Positions 38,635 to 48,642 of a stretch of DNA of 64,000 nucleotides are shown one piece after another. The stretch comes from Nitrososphaera sp. (lineage in GTDB: Archaea > Thermoproteota > Nitrososphaeria > Nitrososphaerales > Nitrososphaeraceae), in contig JBJMEA010000049.1 in assembly GCA_045809625.1 (NCBI GenBank), positions 7,500 to 71,499 on the forward strand. Reading direction: 5' to 3'. The translations under genes were made by a program, and so were the position numbers. The first letter of the stretch is position 1. Each line of letters starts with the position of its first letter. The notes below the pieces were generated by a model. The model did no database searches, was not told the DNA's origin, and was given only the letters and a program-made list of their open reading frames with translations.

Positions 38635-39459
38635 TTGTCAGAAGAGGAGCCCGACGAGCAGTTACCCCAAGAGGAGGAGCACAAAGTTACAACACGAGCT
38701 GATAGATGGCTTTCACAATATGAACGCAAGAGTAGGTTCTTAAACAAAATGTCTGAAGATTACGATGTATTCGATAATGTCTTTGACATGCCAACTCTTA
38801 TGACAATAAACGAACTAAGGAGCAAGGGCATTATACAGTATATCAAGAGCTCACTTGCAGCAGGGAAAGAGTCCAAAGTCTACATTGCTGCTGCACCAGA
38901 TGGATCACTTCGGATAGCCAAAATATACCTCACAGTGAGTGCTGAGTTCAAAAAGCGAATGCAATACATTGCTGGGGATCCTCGATTTTCTAACGTGAAG
39001 CATGGATCTCGTAGCCTTATCATGATATGGGCTCGAAAAGAGTTCAAGAATATGCAGACAGCGCATAATGCTGGAATAAGAGTGCCTTTGCCGATGGCAG
39101 TCAAGAAGAATGTACTTATAATGGAGTTTGTGGGTGATAGCGAAGGTAATCCTATGCCTATACTAGTCGATGCAGAAGAAATCACATTCAATGACTATCA
39201 TCAGGTGATTGAGCAGATGACAATGCTCTATCAAAGAGCCAAATTGGTGCATGCTGACCTCTCAGAGTACAACATTTTCAAGACCGCCGGTGGCATAATG
39301 TTATTTGACTTTGGATCAGCTATCGATATCCGACATCCAAGTTCCCAACAATTTTTATTGCGCGATGCTGTGAATATCAACAGGTTCTTTGAAAGACGAG
39401 GGATTGAAATATTCGATATTGCTCAAGTTGTAGGACGGATCAGAGGCGACACAAAATAA
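38635..39459 (+). CDS. rio1: RIO-type serine/threonine protein kinase Rio1
   Basis: AAGKESKVYIA (P-loop-like STGKEA equivalent), LVHADLSEYNI (catalytic loop), FDFGSAI (metal-binding loop). No N-terminal wHTH, so Rio1 rather than Rio2. Confidence 0.9.
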   Translation: MSEEEPDEQLPQEEEHKVTTRADRWLSQYERKSRFLNKMSEDYDVFDNVFDMPTLMTINELRSKGIIQYIKSSLAAGKESKVYIAAAPDGSLRIAKIYLTVSAEFKKRMQYIAGDPRFSNVKHGSRSLIMIWARKEFKNMQTAHNAGIRVPLPMAVKKNVLIMEFVGDSEGNPMPILVDAEEITFNDYHQVIEQMTMLYQRAKLVHADLSEYNIFKTAGGIMLFDFGSAIDIRHPSSQQFLLRDAVNINRFFERRGIEIFDIAQVVGRIRGDTK

Positions 39460-40049
39460 TGAGCTTCCAACATACGATCAAGATCCCAAAGGAGAGAATA
39501 GGTGTTCTTATTGGTAAAGGGGGAAAAGTAAAGCAACAAATCGAAGAAAGATGCGGCGTCAAAATTGAGATCGATAGTGAGACTGGAGACACTATGATCA
39601 TGAGCAACAGTTCTGCTGATCGTCTAGAAGCTTTTCGGGCAGTTGAGGTGATAACCGCCATTTCCAGAGGATTCTCGCCCCAGAGAGCTTATCTTCTATT
39701 TGAAGACGAGGAGCTGATATTCCAGCAGATCGATTTACATGACTATACTGGCAAGTCTCCAAATGCGCTGGGGCGGCTTAAGGGCAGGATAATTGGTGAA
39801 GGAGGTAAGGCGCGTAGAATGATTGAAGAGCTGAGTGGTTCCTATGTATCTGTTTATGGCCATACTGTGTGTCTAATCGGTAACTTTAGAGAGATCAAGC
39901 TTACAAGTGAAGCTATTGCCATGCTGGCTAAAGGTAGTATGCACAAAACCGTCTACAATATGTTGCAAGGGGCAAAGAGACAAGATAAGTTAGACAGGAT
40001 GCGCCTGTGGGAAGAAAATCCCGAAGAAATTCGACCTTCTGACTCTTAG
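39459..40049 (+). CDS. KH-domain RNA-binding protein (Dim2/Pno1-like), co-transcribed with rio1
   Basis: Two KH modules with IGVLIGKGGKVKQQIE and GRIIGEGGKARRMIEE (GxxG loops). Its start overlaps the rio1 stop (ATAATG). Confidence 0.8.
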   Translation: MSFQHTIKIPKERIGVLIGKGGKVKQQIEERCGVKIEIDSETGDTMIMSNSSADRLEAFRAVEVITAISRGFSPQRAYLLFEDEELIFQQIDLHDYTGKSPNALGRLKGRIIGEGGKARRMIEELSGSYVSVYGHTVCLIGNFREIKLTSEAIAMLAKGSMHKTVYNMLQGAKRQDKLDRMRLWEENPEEIRPSDS

Positions 40050-40200
40050 TATGAGCACAGTGGAGTTATTGAATCCGCCCCTATCAGTTTGCATTTTTTA
40101 TTGTATTGAAATATCCATGTAGGTTTGTTGATCTATATGCGTCTGACAATCCCTAAATTAAGTAGTGGCGCAAGATTTTAACCATTATTTTCCTTTTTCC

Positions 40201-40770
40201 TTATTTTCTCTGCTGTCTTTCGCTCCATCGTTTGAAAAGATTGTGATCGATATTGAATTGATCAAGCACCTTGCCTACTAGATGGTTTATCAGATCATCC
40301 ATTGTCTTTGGCCTGTGGTAGAATCCTGGCATGGCGGGCAGAATTATTGCGTTAGCGCTTGCAAGCTTGGTCATATTTTTTAAGTGTATCTTTGATAAGG
40401 GGGTCTCCCTTGGAACCAAGACAAGTTTCCGTTGTTCCTTTATGCAAACACTTGCTGCTCTTGAGACTAAGCTGTCATCAAGGGCATTTGAGATACTTGC
40501 CAGTGTCTTAGTACTACATGGAATTACTATCATGCCGTCAACTTTGAATGAGCCGCTTGAAACTGATGCGGCCATATTGTCTTCTTCATAATACCTCGTA
40601 GCAAGCGACTTTACATAGTCTGTTGTGGTGTTGGTTTCTATCTGTATGTTCTTGCCGCCCCATTCTGTGATAATAAGATGAGTATCAATTTTCAGATTCT
40701 TGAGAGCTTCTAGTGTCCTTATTCCGTAAATAACACCCGATGCACCAGTAATTGCAATGATCAGCCGCAA
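40201..40770 (-). CDS. ubiX: flavin prenyltransferase UbiX
   Basis: IAITGASGVIYGIRTLEAL, IIPCSTKTLASISNA, VLVPRETPL. 189 aa. Confidence 0.9.
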   Translation of the reverse strand: MRLIIAITGASGVIYGIRTLEALKNLKIDTHLIITEWGGKNIQIETNTTTDYVKSLATRYYEEDNMAASVSSGSFKVDGMIVIPCSTKTLASISNALDDSLVSRAASVCIKEQRKLVLVPRETPLSKIHLKNMTKLASANAIILPAMPGFYHRPKTMDDLINHLVGKVLDQFNIDHNLFKRWSERQQRK

Positions 40771-40853
40771 GCAAATGTTTGATTATTGTGCTTGCTATTT
40801 AATGATGCCTGCAAGCGTTTAATAATGAAATTATGTTGTCCACCAAATAGGCA

Positions 40854-41756
40854 TTGCTAACAGTCTTTGGCACAGTTGCATTAGACACAACTCGCACCCC
40901 TTTTCGTACAGAGACCAGAATATTGGGCGGTGCTGCCACCTTTGCCTCTGTTTCGTCGAGCATGTTTACGCCTACCTCTGTAGTAGCAGCGGTGGGGTCC
41001 GATATGCCATATGAACATATCAGGGCACTCAGCTCAAAGGGCATAGATACAAAAGGCATCATCATCATAGATGGAAGCAAGACATTTCATTATGATTCTT
41101 CATTTGATTATGATCTATCAAACAGGATTACTAATAAGACTGAGCTTGGAGTCATAGCAGGGTTTGATCCTGTCCTCCCAGAGGAATATGTCAAATCTGA
41201 TTATGTATATCTTGCAAATAATGATCCTCGACAGAACATCAAGATTCTTCAGCATTTTCAAAACCCCCGGCTTGTAGTCTGTGACACTATAGAATTCTGG
41301 ATAAATGGAAGCCGCGATGATGTAATCAAGATGATAGGAATGACAGATGGTGTGGTGATAAACGATAATGAGGCAAGGCTCCTATGTAAGGAGGCTAACC
41401 TTGCAAAATGCGCCAAAAACATAATGTCCTGGGGTTCAAAATTTGCGATAATCAAAAAAGGCGAAAATGGTGCTATTCTTTTTACTAAAGAGGGTCCGGT
41501 ATTTCCGGCTGCAGCATTTTTTCTTGACGAAATAATCGATCCAACTGGAGCAGGCGACTCCTTTGCTGGTGGCTTCATCGGTCACGTAGCTCACAAGGGC
41601 ATAATGGATTTACCTACTATGAAGGAGGCCGTAATTTACGGCAATGTGATGGGTTCATTTGCTGTAGAAGACTTTGGAGTCAAGCGCCTTATGTCTATAA
41701 CGAAAGATGATGTAAAAGATCGCTATGAAAAATATTGCAACTTGGTGCAATTTTGA
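40854..41756 (+). CDS. PfkB-family carbohydrate/nucleoside kinase
   Basis: GGAATFAS in the N-terminal region and the C-terminal DPTGAGDSFAGGFIG (PfkB signature 2). TTG start. Confidence 0.8.
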   Translation: MLTVFGTVALDTTRTPFRTETRILGGAATFASVSSSMFTPTSVVAAVGSDMPYEHIRALSSKGIDTKGIIIIDGSKTFHYDSSFDYDLSNRITNKTELGVIAGFDPVLPEEYVKSDYVYLANNDPRQNIKILQHFQNPRLVVCDTIEFWINGSRDDVIKMIGMTDGVVINDNEARLLCKEANLAKCAKNIMSWGSKFAIIKKGENGAILFTKEGPVFPAAAFFLDEIIDPTGAGDSFAGGFIGHVAHKGIMDLPTMKEAVIYGNVMGSFAVEDFGVKRLMSITKDDVKDRYEKYCNLVQF

Positions 41757-42339
41757 TTTCTTATTTTGTACACTATCTTGCCTGAGCAAGCTGACCTATG
41801 GCCGAAATCAGTACTCCGCTTTGGGAGATACGTTATTAGACTTGAACACGCTTACAAAATATATGCAGCATTGACATACTCTGAAAAACCATACTTGACA
41901 ATGTTCCTTTAATAGTTAAGGTCTGGCTACATACTCAGCAATTAATTAGATTTTACTTGCAATGTCTAATAAACATGCATGTCATGATGTGATATCATTA
42001 ATCATATCGAATAAACGATTGCCAAGCTAGCTGCCTGCCATGAGTGGATCAATAAAAGGTTGTTTTGAAACTTGCTGTTGTAGCCGCCAAATGTTCTGAT
42101 AAGTGTATCGCCCTTAAATGGAGTGAGGCACATTCATGTTTGCAGATGCTTCAGTACTTGCATATTGCCTACCTGGTGATTATATTTTTATTGCCATATT
42201 AAATGTCCTAATGTAAACTTGAACCCTGACTTGAGTTACTCTTTGATAGATTAGCTGACATTAGCTTGCTAGAAAAATTTTGACTATGACAATAATGGTC
42301 AATATAGGGTCAGTTCTGATATACACTTAGAAAGAGAAA

Positions 42340-42783
42340 TTGGTTTTTGAGGATATGCCTACAGGATATGAACTGGAGTTTTTAGTGGACATTGGCATCG
42401 CACTTGCTGCAGGTTTTGCAATTGGTGTAGAAAGAGAATCAAGGGGCAAGCCTGCTGGAATTAGCACACACTGCCTTGTTATCGCAGGTACAGCAATATT
42501 CACCTTCCTCTCTTCAGTGGTAGACCCTAACTCCGCATCCAGAATTGCAGCTCAAATAGTTTCAGGAATTGGCTTTCTTGGAGCTGGAATCATTCTCAAG
42601 AGCGAGGTGGAGAAGAAAATTACAAATTTGACTACTGCAGCGGCAATATGGTTTGCAGCATCAATCGGAATGGCTATTGGCTACGAGTACTATTTCATGG
42701 CAGCTATAGCCACGGCATTTGCTGTTGGAGTGCCAAGGATACCTCATATCTCCAAATTGATAAAGAAAGGAGAAGAAGAGTAG
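42340..42783 (+). CDS. mgtC: MgtC/SapB family membrane protein
   Basis: ALAAGFAIGVERESRGKPAGISTHCLVIAGTAIF and SGIGFLGAGIILK match the MgtC N-terminal membrane domain. Confidence 0.8.
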   Translation: MVFEDMPTGYELEFLVDIGIALAAGFAIGVERESRGKPAGISTHCLVIAGTAIFTFLSSVVDPNSASRIAAQIVSGIGFLGAGIILKSEVEKKITNLTTAAAIWFAASIGMAIGYEYYFMAAIATAFAVGVPRIPHISKLIKKGEEE

Positions 42784-43027
42784 TGAAGGTAGTCTTTGGC
42801 TTCTTCAAATATTCTTCTACTCTAATGAGATCAGAATGATGTTCTGATGGAAAAAGTTCGAATGGGTATATGGTTAAATCTCTCTTAGACTTTGCTATCT
42901 TTTGCCCTAATGCTGTATTGCTGAGCAAGTAGTTTGAAAGAACAAAATTAATAGGTAGGGTGCAAACTAATCTTGTGAAGTTTACTTCATTCTGAAGAAG
43001 TAAACTCAAAGAGGTGAATCAGAAGGA

Positions 43028-43396
43028 ATGGAATATGACAATAATTTTTCAAATATAGAGCGAGTTATCATTTCAGAACTCAAGATAAGCAAAGATGAAG
43101 CACTAGTTTATATCGCTATTGTAAAAAAGGGGAAAATGGATCCAGCTAAAATTTCAATTGCCCTTGGCTGGAGTGATCAGCAGCATGCACTCGCCGTAGC
43201 TAAATCACTTGTCGACAGAGGTATGGTCATTGAAATAACAAACACTGAATTTGAGTCCCTTCATCCTAGATTTGCAATAACCAATCGCTACAGAAGGCGC
43301 TGCGAGGAAGAGCGTATACCATTCAAGAGGAATTCCAAGATCGACAACATTGGCATAGTGCTTGAGAAGGCCTATGAGAATGCAAGAACTAAATAG
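43028..43396 (+). CDS. winged-helix (TrmB-like) putative transcription regulator
   Basis: LKISKDEALVYIAIVKKGKMDPAKISIALGWSDQQHALAVAKSLVDRGMVIEI has the TrmB/MarR-like wHTH layout. It is the first gene of a tight three-gene unit. Confidence 0.55.
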   Translation: MEYDNNFSNIERVIISELKISKDEALVYIAIVKKGKMDPAKISIALGWSDQQHALAVAKSLVDRGMVIEITNTEFESLHPRFAITNRYRRRCEEERIPFKRNSKIDNIGIVLEKAYENARTK

Positions 43397-43849
43397 GTGG
43401 CACCGTGGAACAATTATATCATCATGACCACTTCGGACCCAACCGGCGGCGATAAGGTAGTCTATTTTGGTGTAATAAATATCAATGAGCATGGCAAGAC
43501 GATGGGTTCAGTGGACATATGGCGAAGTCTTCTTACAAAAGAGATGTTCTGTGAAGAAAAGCGTTTGGGGATTTTAGAGATAGTTGATTACCTTGGTATG
43601 CCAAAGATTGACAAAGACAAAAAGTGGGCTGTAGCTGTTAACAGGAACTTTAAAGATAGTCTGCGCTGGCGGCTTATTAAGATAATAAAAGAAGGCAAGA
43701 TGAGGTTTACAGATGCAGATGACAATGCAGTCGAAGTGAATGTTAAGGATTTTAAAATCATTGATCCTGAGTGGTGGAGCTTTTTGGTAGAAGAAAATGT
43801 CAACCGTAACATGGAAGTGGCAGATGTGCCAGTAAATGATGCGCGATAG
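43397..43849 (+). CDS. hypothetical protein (second gene of the wHTH operon)
   Basis: 150-aa ORF starting at the nucleotide after the preceding stop (GTG). An alternative ATG is 9 codons in. No known motif. Confidence 0.5.
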   Translation: MAPWNNYIIMTTSDPTGGDKVVYFGVININEHGKTMGSVDIWRSLLTKEMFCEEKRLGILEIVDYLGMPKIDKDKKWAVAVNRNFKDSLRWRLIKIIKEGKMRFTDADDNAVEVNVKDFKIIDPEWWSFLVEENVNRNMEVADVPVNDAR

Positions 43850-44129
43850 TGACATTCCAGTTACTGTGTTTGTAAAAAGCGCTAGCGGAAGCGAAATAGC
43901 TAGTAAGCTATCTGGGTATTTTGTAATCAAGGGTCAGGAATTCCGGTTTAATGCGATAGCATTTGGTCGCATTGGAGGTCATAATGCAAGCGTCAAGATA
44001 TCAAAGACGACTTTGGAGAAAATAGCGAAAATGGGAATTGACACAGAGCAACTACAAATAACGATTCAGCGCAAGTTGATTGAAGGTGATGTTATTTTGC
44101 CCAAAGGATTGAAGCCGCCGTCAGACTAG
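43836..44129 (+). CDS. hypothetical protein (third gene of the wHTH operon)
   Basis: 97-aa ORF overlapping the previous gene by 14 nt. No known motif. Confidence 0.5.
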   Translation: MMRDSDIPVTVFVKSASGSEIASKLSGYFVIKGQEFRFNAIAFGRIGGHNASVKISKTTLEKIAKMGIDTEQLQITIQRKLIEGDVILPKGLKPPSD

Positions 44130-44918
44130 GGCCCCTTCAAGTGCCCTGCTGCACATACACTTGTTTCTTGCTGCAGGAATTGTAACCATCAACTCTGCAA
44201 TCATCTTCTTTGTCTTTTCCACATTTTTTGCGAGTGTATCTATTATTTCAGCTGAGGTCACCGGGTGATTTGTCCAAACATCATAGTCTGTAATTGTGGC
44301 CATAGACAGGTAACATATTTGGGCCTCTCTTGCAAGGTTAACTTCTGGTACGAGCGTCATACCTATAAGATCTGCTTTCATTACATCACGGTAGAATCCT
44401 GATTCCGCCCTAGTGGAAAAACGAGGTCCTTCAATACAGACATATGTCCCCTGATTGTGTAAGGAATACTTTAGTTTATTTATCTTATCGATTGCAATAC
44501 TGCGTAGTTCTGGACAAAATGGATCAGCCAAAGAAACATGGCATACTTGCCCGCCATCGTAGAATGTATATTGGCGGTTCTTTGTAAAATCAATAAACTG
44601 ATCAGGAATTGAAATATCTCCTGGTTTGAAAGCCTCTTTAAGGCTCCCAACAGCAGAGGGAGCAATAATGCGTTTGACCCCCAATTGTTGTAAAGCCCAT
44701 ATGTTTGCTCTATTATTAATCCTGTGAGGAGGTATTCTGTGGCCTCGTCCATGACGCGGCAAAAATGCCGCTTTGACTCCTGAATATTCCCCTATTGTCA
44801 CAAGATCTGAAGCGTCGCCATAAGGCGTATGTACCTTGATCTCGCGCTTTGCACTAAAAAGTTCTGGATCGTAAATGCCAGTGCCCCCAATTATACCGAT
44901 ATCTGCACTAATGCCCAT
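44121..44918 (-). CDS. mtnP: S-methyl-5'-thioadenosine phosphorylase / purine nucleoside phosphorylase (PNP/MTAP family)
   Basis: [43 protein letters not shown]. Confidence 0.85.
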   Translation of the reverse strand: MGISADIGIIGGTGIYDPELFSAKREIKVHTPYGDASDLVTIGEYSGVKAAFLPRHGRGHRIPPHRINNRANIWALQQLGVKRIIAPSAVGSLKEAFKPGDISIPDQFIDFTKNRQYTFYDGGQVCHVSLADPFCPELRSIAIDKINKLKYSLHNQGTYVCIEGPRFSTRAESGFYRDVMKADLIGMTLVPEVNLAREAQICYLSMATITDYDVWTNHPVTSAEIIDTLAKNVEKTKKMIAELMVTIPAARNKCMCSRALEGALV

Positions 44919-45528
44919 GAAAAGTCACCAGTGACTCGACTTTATATCCCATCTTGCGCAATCTGTCCGCACCTTTCAAGTCGGAGAGCTCAATTATGAA
45001 AGCAAAGCCTGCTATTTTGCCTCCAAGATCTTTGATTATCTGTGCTCCAGCTTCTGCAGTCCCACCTGTTGCTATCAAGTCGTCGGCGATCAGTATATTG
45101 TTGCCTTTGTCTATAGCATCTTCTTGAATCTCCATTATCGCAGTGCCATATTCAATATCGTAAGATTTCTTGAGGGTTCTACCTGGCAGCTTGCCAGCCT
45201 TGCGAATCATTATGATACCTTTCCCGAATCTGAGGGCAAGTGCTGTCGCAATGATAAACCCTCTTGATTCAATGCCCGCCACTATGTCTACTCTCGTCTT
45301 GTTATAGATACGATAAAATTCGTCAGCGATATAGTTCAAGGCATCATTCCTTTTGAAGACGGGATTTATGTCACGAAACAGTATCCCTTGCTTGGGAAAG
45401 TCAGGATAGTTGGCTATTATGTCGCGCAGGTTGACCTGCTTGGCTTTTACTCCCACATACGTAAAACCATATCCTGGTTGTAAAAAGATTGCGAAGTCGT
45501 TACTACATGCTTTATACAGCTCTAGCAC
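44908..45528 (-). CDS. apt: adenine phosphoribosyltransferase
   Basis: [16 protein letters not shown] and the PRPP loop [16 protein letters not shown]. The in-frame GTG at 45456 would give a canonical ~182-aa Apt with a T-rich TATA-like box about 30 nt upstream. Confidence 0.9.
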   Translation of the reverse strand: MLELYKACSNDFAIFLQPGYGFTYVGVKAKQVNLRDIIANYPDFPKQGILFRDINPVFKRNDALNYIADEFYRIYNKTRVDIVAGIESRGFIIATALALRFGKGIIMIRKAGKLPGRTLKKSYDIEYGTAIMEIQEDAIDKGNNILIADDLIATGGTAEAGAQIIKDLGGKIAGFAFIIELSDLKGADRLRKMGYKVESLVTFHGH

Positions 45529-45534
45529 GCATTA

Positions 45535-46044
45535 ATGATGATGCTTACAGAAGAACAGTTGCAATTTGCAGAGAAGATTGCAAACCTAAAAGACTTTGAT
45601 GAGGCATTTAAATTAGTGAAGGCTGTAGTCTTACACAAGTTTAATCTGCATCGAGCAGGATTAAGCCTAATATTGCAAATGATGCCAAGCAGTCTTGGAG
45701 CCTACCACATGTTGGGCTCAAATGCAATAGTCGTCAACACCTATCTCTTGACCACGTTGAAAAGAATGGTCAAGTCAACTGAAGAGTATAACTCTTACCT
45801 GTTCATGGTGCTGACCCATGAATATCTTCATAGCCTTGGAATCATTGATGAGAATACGGTTCGCCAGATGACTTTTGAGTTGTGCAAATGGATGTTGGGT
45901 AATGATCATATTGCAACCAAGATGGCAAAGAATGGACCCTCTGTTATATTTCCTGAGCTAAGGTCATTGACGCAGTCACAATTCGGCAGGGATTTTCAAG
46001 TTGTGAAAAACTTTGATAGGAGCAACCAAACCTATATTCAATAA
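45535..46044 (+). CDS. hypothetical minimal HExxH protein (SprT/Wss1-like impression)
   Basis: 169 aa. LGAYHMLGSNAIVVNTYLL....YLFMVLTHEYLHSLG resembles the SprT-like layout (G.y....I.l......, then hydrophobic-HExxH). Divergent from apt. Confidence 0.5.
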   Translation: MMMLTEEQLQFAEKIANLKDFDEAFKLVKAVVLHKFNLHRAGLSLILQMMPSSLGAYHMLGSNAIVVNTYLLTTLKRMVKSTEEYNSYLFMVLTHEYLHSLGIIDENTVRQMTFELCKWMLGNDHIATKMAKNGPSVIFPELRSLTQSQFGRDFQVVKNFDRSNQTYIQ

Positions 46045-46569
46045 TCTTATGTGTTGTATAAGGATATTCAATATTGATCTAATGGTGCTTTAAGAAGAAA
46101 TCCTCGCCCGAGATAGTAGACTATTAAAATTGAAACGCCATCTTTACTACAAAAGCCTCCGTATTAAAAAATTATAAGGAATATTGAAGACAATTGTTTG
46201 AAAGATCCGGATAGAAATACTACTTTACAGTAATTTTATAAAACTGAATCGTAAAGAAACTTGTACGTAACCCAACGTATGTTATTTGAAGGTTGAGAAA
46301 AAACCCTTTTGGGTACTTGTTTAGTGAGCGAATCTTCACTGCAGACGTTCCCAAGAAGGTATTATTCGAAGAATGTATAAAATGGTGTTGACGAGGATTT
46401 CATTCCTGACAAATATGCAAAGAATGCTTTGCAAGATTGTCTAATTGATGAGGGAAGCTTTCAGGCACAGACCAGCTAGCGTTTCAGATTTGTGTAAAAA
46501 TTACAACGAATGATGTTATTTCTTTACTATATTGCACTTGAGAAAGTATAATAAACATTTAAGTTCTAT

Positions 46570-48096
46570 ATGTCTTATATGATGATTAAGAACGGGGCAG
46601 AATATATTGAAAGCCTTAGAGGTAGAAATCTCAAGATATATCTTTTTGGAGAGCTCGTAAAAGAGCCAGTTGATCATCCGATGATCCGGCCATCAATAAA
46701 TGCTGTGGCAGAGACCTATGACCTTGCGGTAGGAGACCCAGAGCTTGCTGCCCCCAAATCTTCGCTAACGGGAATGCAGGTCAACAGGTTCTTGCACATA
46801 ACAGAAAGCGCGCAGGATCTAGTTGACCAGAACAAGATGCAAAGGAAGCTTGGACAGATCACTGGTACTTGCTTCCAGCGTTGTGTAGGCATGGACGCAC
46901 TTAACTCATTATATTCAACTACACATGAAATCGACCAAAAGCACGGTACTGATTATCATAATCGCCTAGTGGAATACATAAAGATGCTACAACTGGGAAA
47001 CTTGATGATCGCTGGTGCCATGACTGACGTTAAAGGTGACCGTGGCTTGTCGCCTTCCCAGCAGGAAGACCCTGACATGTTTGTGCACGTGACAAAGCGC
47101 GACAGCAAAGGCATATACATAAGCGGCGCAAAGGCCCATCAGACCGGATGCATCAATTCCCACTGGATAGTAGTCATGCCTACAATGAGATTGAAGTCTG
47201 AAGATAAAGACTATGCAATTATCGGAGCAATCCCTGTTGATGCTCCAGGCATCACATACATCTATGGTAGACAGTCCTCCGATACAAGGAGCATGGAGGA
47301 AGGCAACATTGACGCTGGTAATGCTATGTATTCTGGCCAAGAGGCCATGATAATCTTCAAGGATGTCTTCATTCCAAACCACCTGATATTCATGGATGGC
47401 GAATACGAGTTTGCCTCGATGTTGGTAGAACGCTTTACCTGCTATCATCGCCGAAGCTATGTATGCAAGACCGGTCTTGGCGATGTCTTGATTGGAGCCG
47501 CTAACGCCATTGCGGACTACAATGGTGTGGCAAACGCCTCACACATCAAAGACAAACTGGTTGAAATGACACACCTCAATGAGACAATATTTGCTGCAGG
47601 CATTGCATCTTCATACCAAGCACACAAAACATCCGCGGGCAATTGGCAGAATGACGATATGCTGGCAAATGTCTGTAAGCACAATGTCACACGGTTTCCA
47701 TATGAAATAGGTAGACTTGCCCAAGACATTGCAGGCGGACTGATGGTGACGATGCCCTCTGAGAAGGAGTTTCGCAATCCTGATACTGGACCTCTGCTTG
47801 AAAAATACCTGAAGGGCAGAAAAGGCGTATCCACAGAGAACAGGATGAGGGTGCTAAGGCTTATTGAAAATATGACTCTTGGACGAAACGCAGTAGGCTA
47901 TTTGACAGAGTCAATGCATGGTGCAGGATCACCACAGGCACAAAGAATTCAGATTGCGCGCCAGATGCAGCTTGAAACCAAGAAAAAACTTGCAAAGCGA
48001 CTTGCACAAATCAAGGAAGGTGAGGCAGAAGAAATGGTGACAGAATCAACAGAATACTTTGATAGAATCTTTGGCACAAAGAATAAACCCAAGTGA
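46570..48096 (+). CDS. abfD: 4-hydroxybutyryl-CoA dehydratase / vinylacetyl-CoA isomerase
   Basis: 508 aa with a 4-hydroxyphenylacetate-hydroxylase-like fold and conserved Cys/His (FQRCVGMDA, CYHRRSY) as in AbfD. By established knowledge this is the key enzyme of the thaumarchaeal 3-hydroxypropionate/4-hydroxybutyrate cycle. Confidence 0.9.
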   Translation: MSYMMIKNGAEYIESLRGRNLKIYLFGELVKEPVDHPMIRPSINAVAETYDLAVGDPELAAPKSSLTGMQVNRFLHITESAQDLVDQNKMQRKLGQITGTCFQRCVGMDALNSLYSTTHEIDQKHGTDYHNRLVEYIKMLQLGNLMIAGAMTDVKGDRGLSPSQQEDPDMFVHVTKRDSKGIYISGAKAHQTGCINSHWIVVMPTMRLKSEDKDYAIIGAIPVDAPGITYIYGRQSSDTRSMEEGNIDAGNAMYSGQEAMIIFKDVFIPNHLIFMDGEYEFASMLVERFTCYHRRSYVCKTGLGDVLIGAANAIADYNGVANASHIKDKLVEMTHLNETIFAAGIASSYQAHKTSAGNWQNDDMLANVCKHNVTRFPYEIGRLAQDIAGGLMVTMPSEKEFRNPDTGPLLEKYLKGRKGVSTENRMRVLRLIENMTLGRNAVGYLTESMHGAGSPQAQRIQIARQMQLETKKKLAKRLAQIKEGEAEEMVTESTEYFDRIFGTKNKPK

Positions 48097-48243
48097 TTCT
48101 ATTACAACTATTGGGATAGCAATAGGTAATCTCTAACAACTTTTCAACCATTGCTTTTAATTTGTCTTTTGACTATTGATCTCAAAAAGGATTATTTATC
48201 TGTTCGACACAACTAATACGGGATTACTCCGGGGTTGTGTTGA

Positions 48244-48642
48244 TTGAAATTAAACGAAGCTCAGATTGAGGATCTCACGGGTAAAGTTTTTCGCACTATA
48301 ATCAGCAATGGCAAAGATGGCATACTGCAGTCAGAGCTTTGGAAGGAGCTTGACTTGACAAGCCGTGATGGTTCCCGCGTTGCAATTCGACTCGAAAAAC
48401 GGTCACTAATTCGCCGAGAAAAAATGTTAGAAAATGGTCGGTGGACGTATAGACTTTTTGCTGTAAAGCTGCCGGTTGACACTACAAGCATCGAACAAGC
48501 TCCCTGTTTGACATGTCCCTTTGAGCATATGTGCTCGCTAGAAGCTTCTTACAGCCCAACAAGTTGTAATTTAATAGAAGAATGGCTCATCAAATCTTTT
48601 GACAACTCAAGCCTAAACCCAGTAAAATTTTCTAAAAAATGA
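48244..48642 (+). CDS. winged-helix plus 4-Cys protein, candidate TFE-beta (TFIIE-beta/RPC34-like)
   Basis: An N-terminal wHTH (ILQSELWKELDLTSRDGSRVAIRLEKRSLIRRE) is followed by CLTCPFEHMC...SC (four Cys). This layout is consistent with the wH plus FeS domain of crenarchaeal/thaumarchaeal TFE-beta. Confidence 0.45.
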   Translation: MKLNEAQIEDLTGKVFRTIISNGKDGILQSELWKELDLTSRDGSRVAIRLEKRSLIRREKMLENGRWTYRLFAVKLPVDTTSIEQAPCLTCPFEHMCSLEASYSPTSCNLIEEWLIKSFDNSSLNPVKFSKK

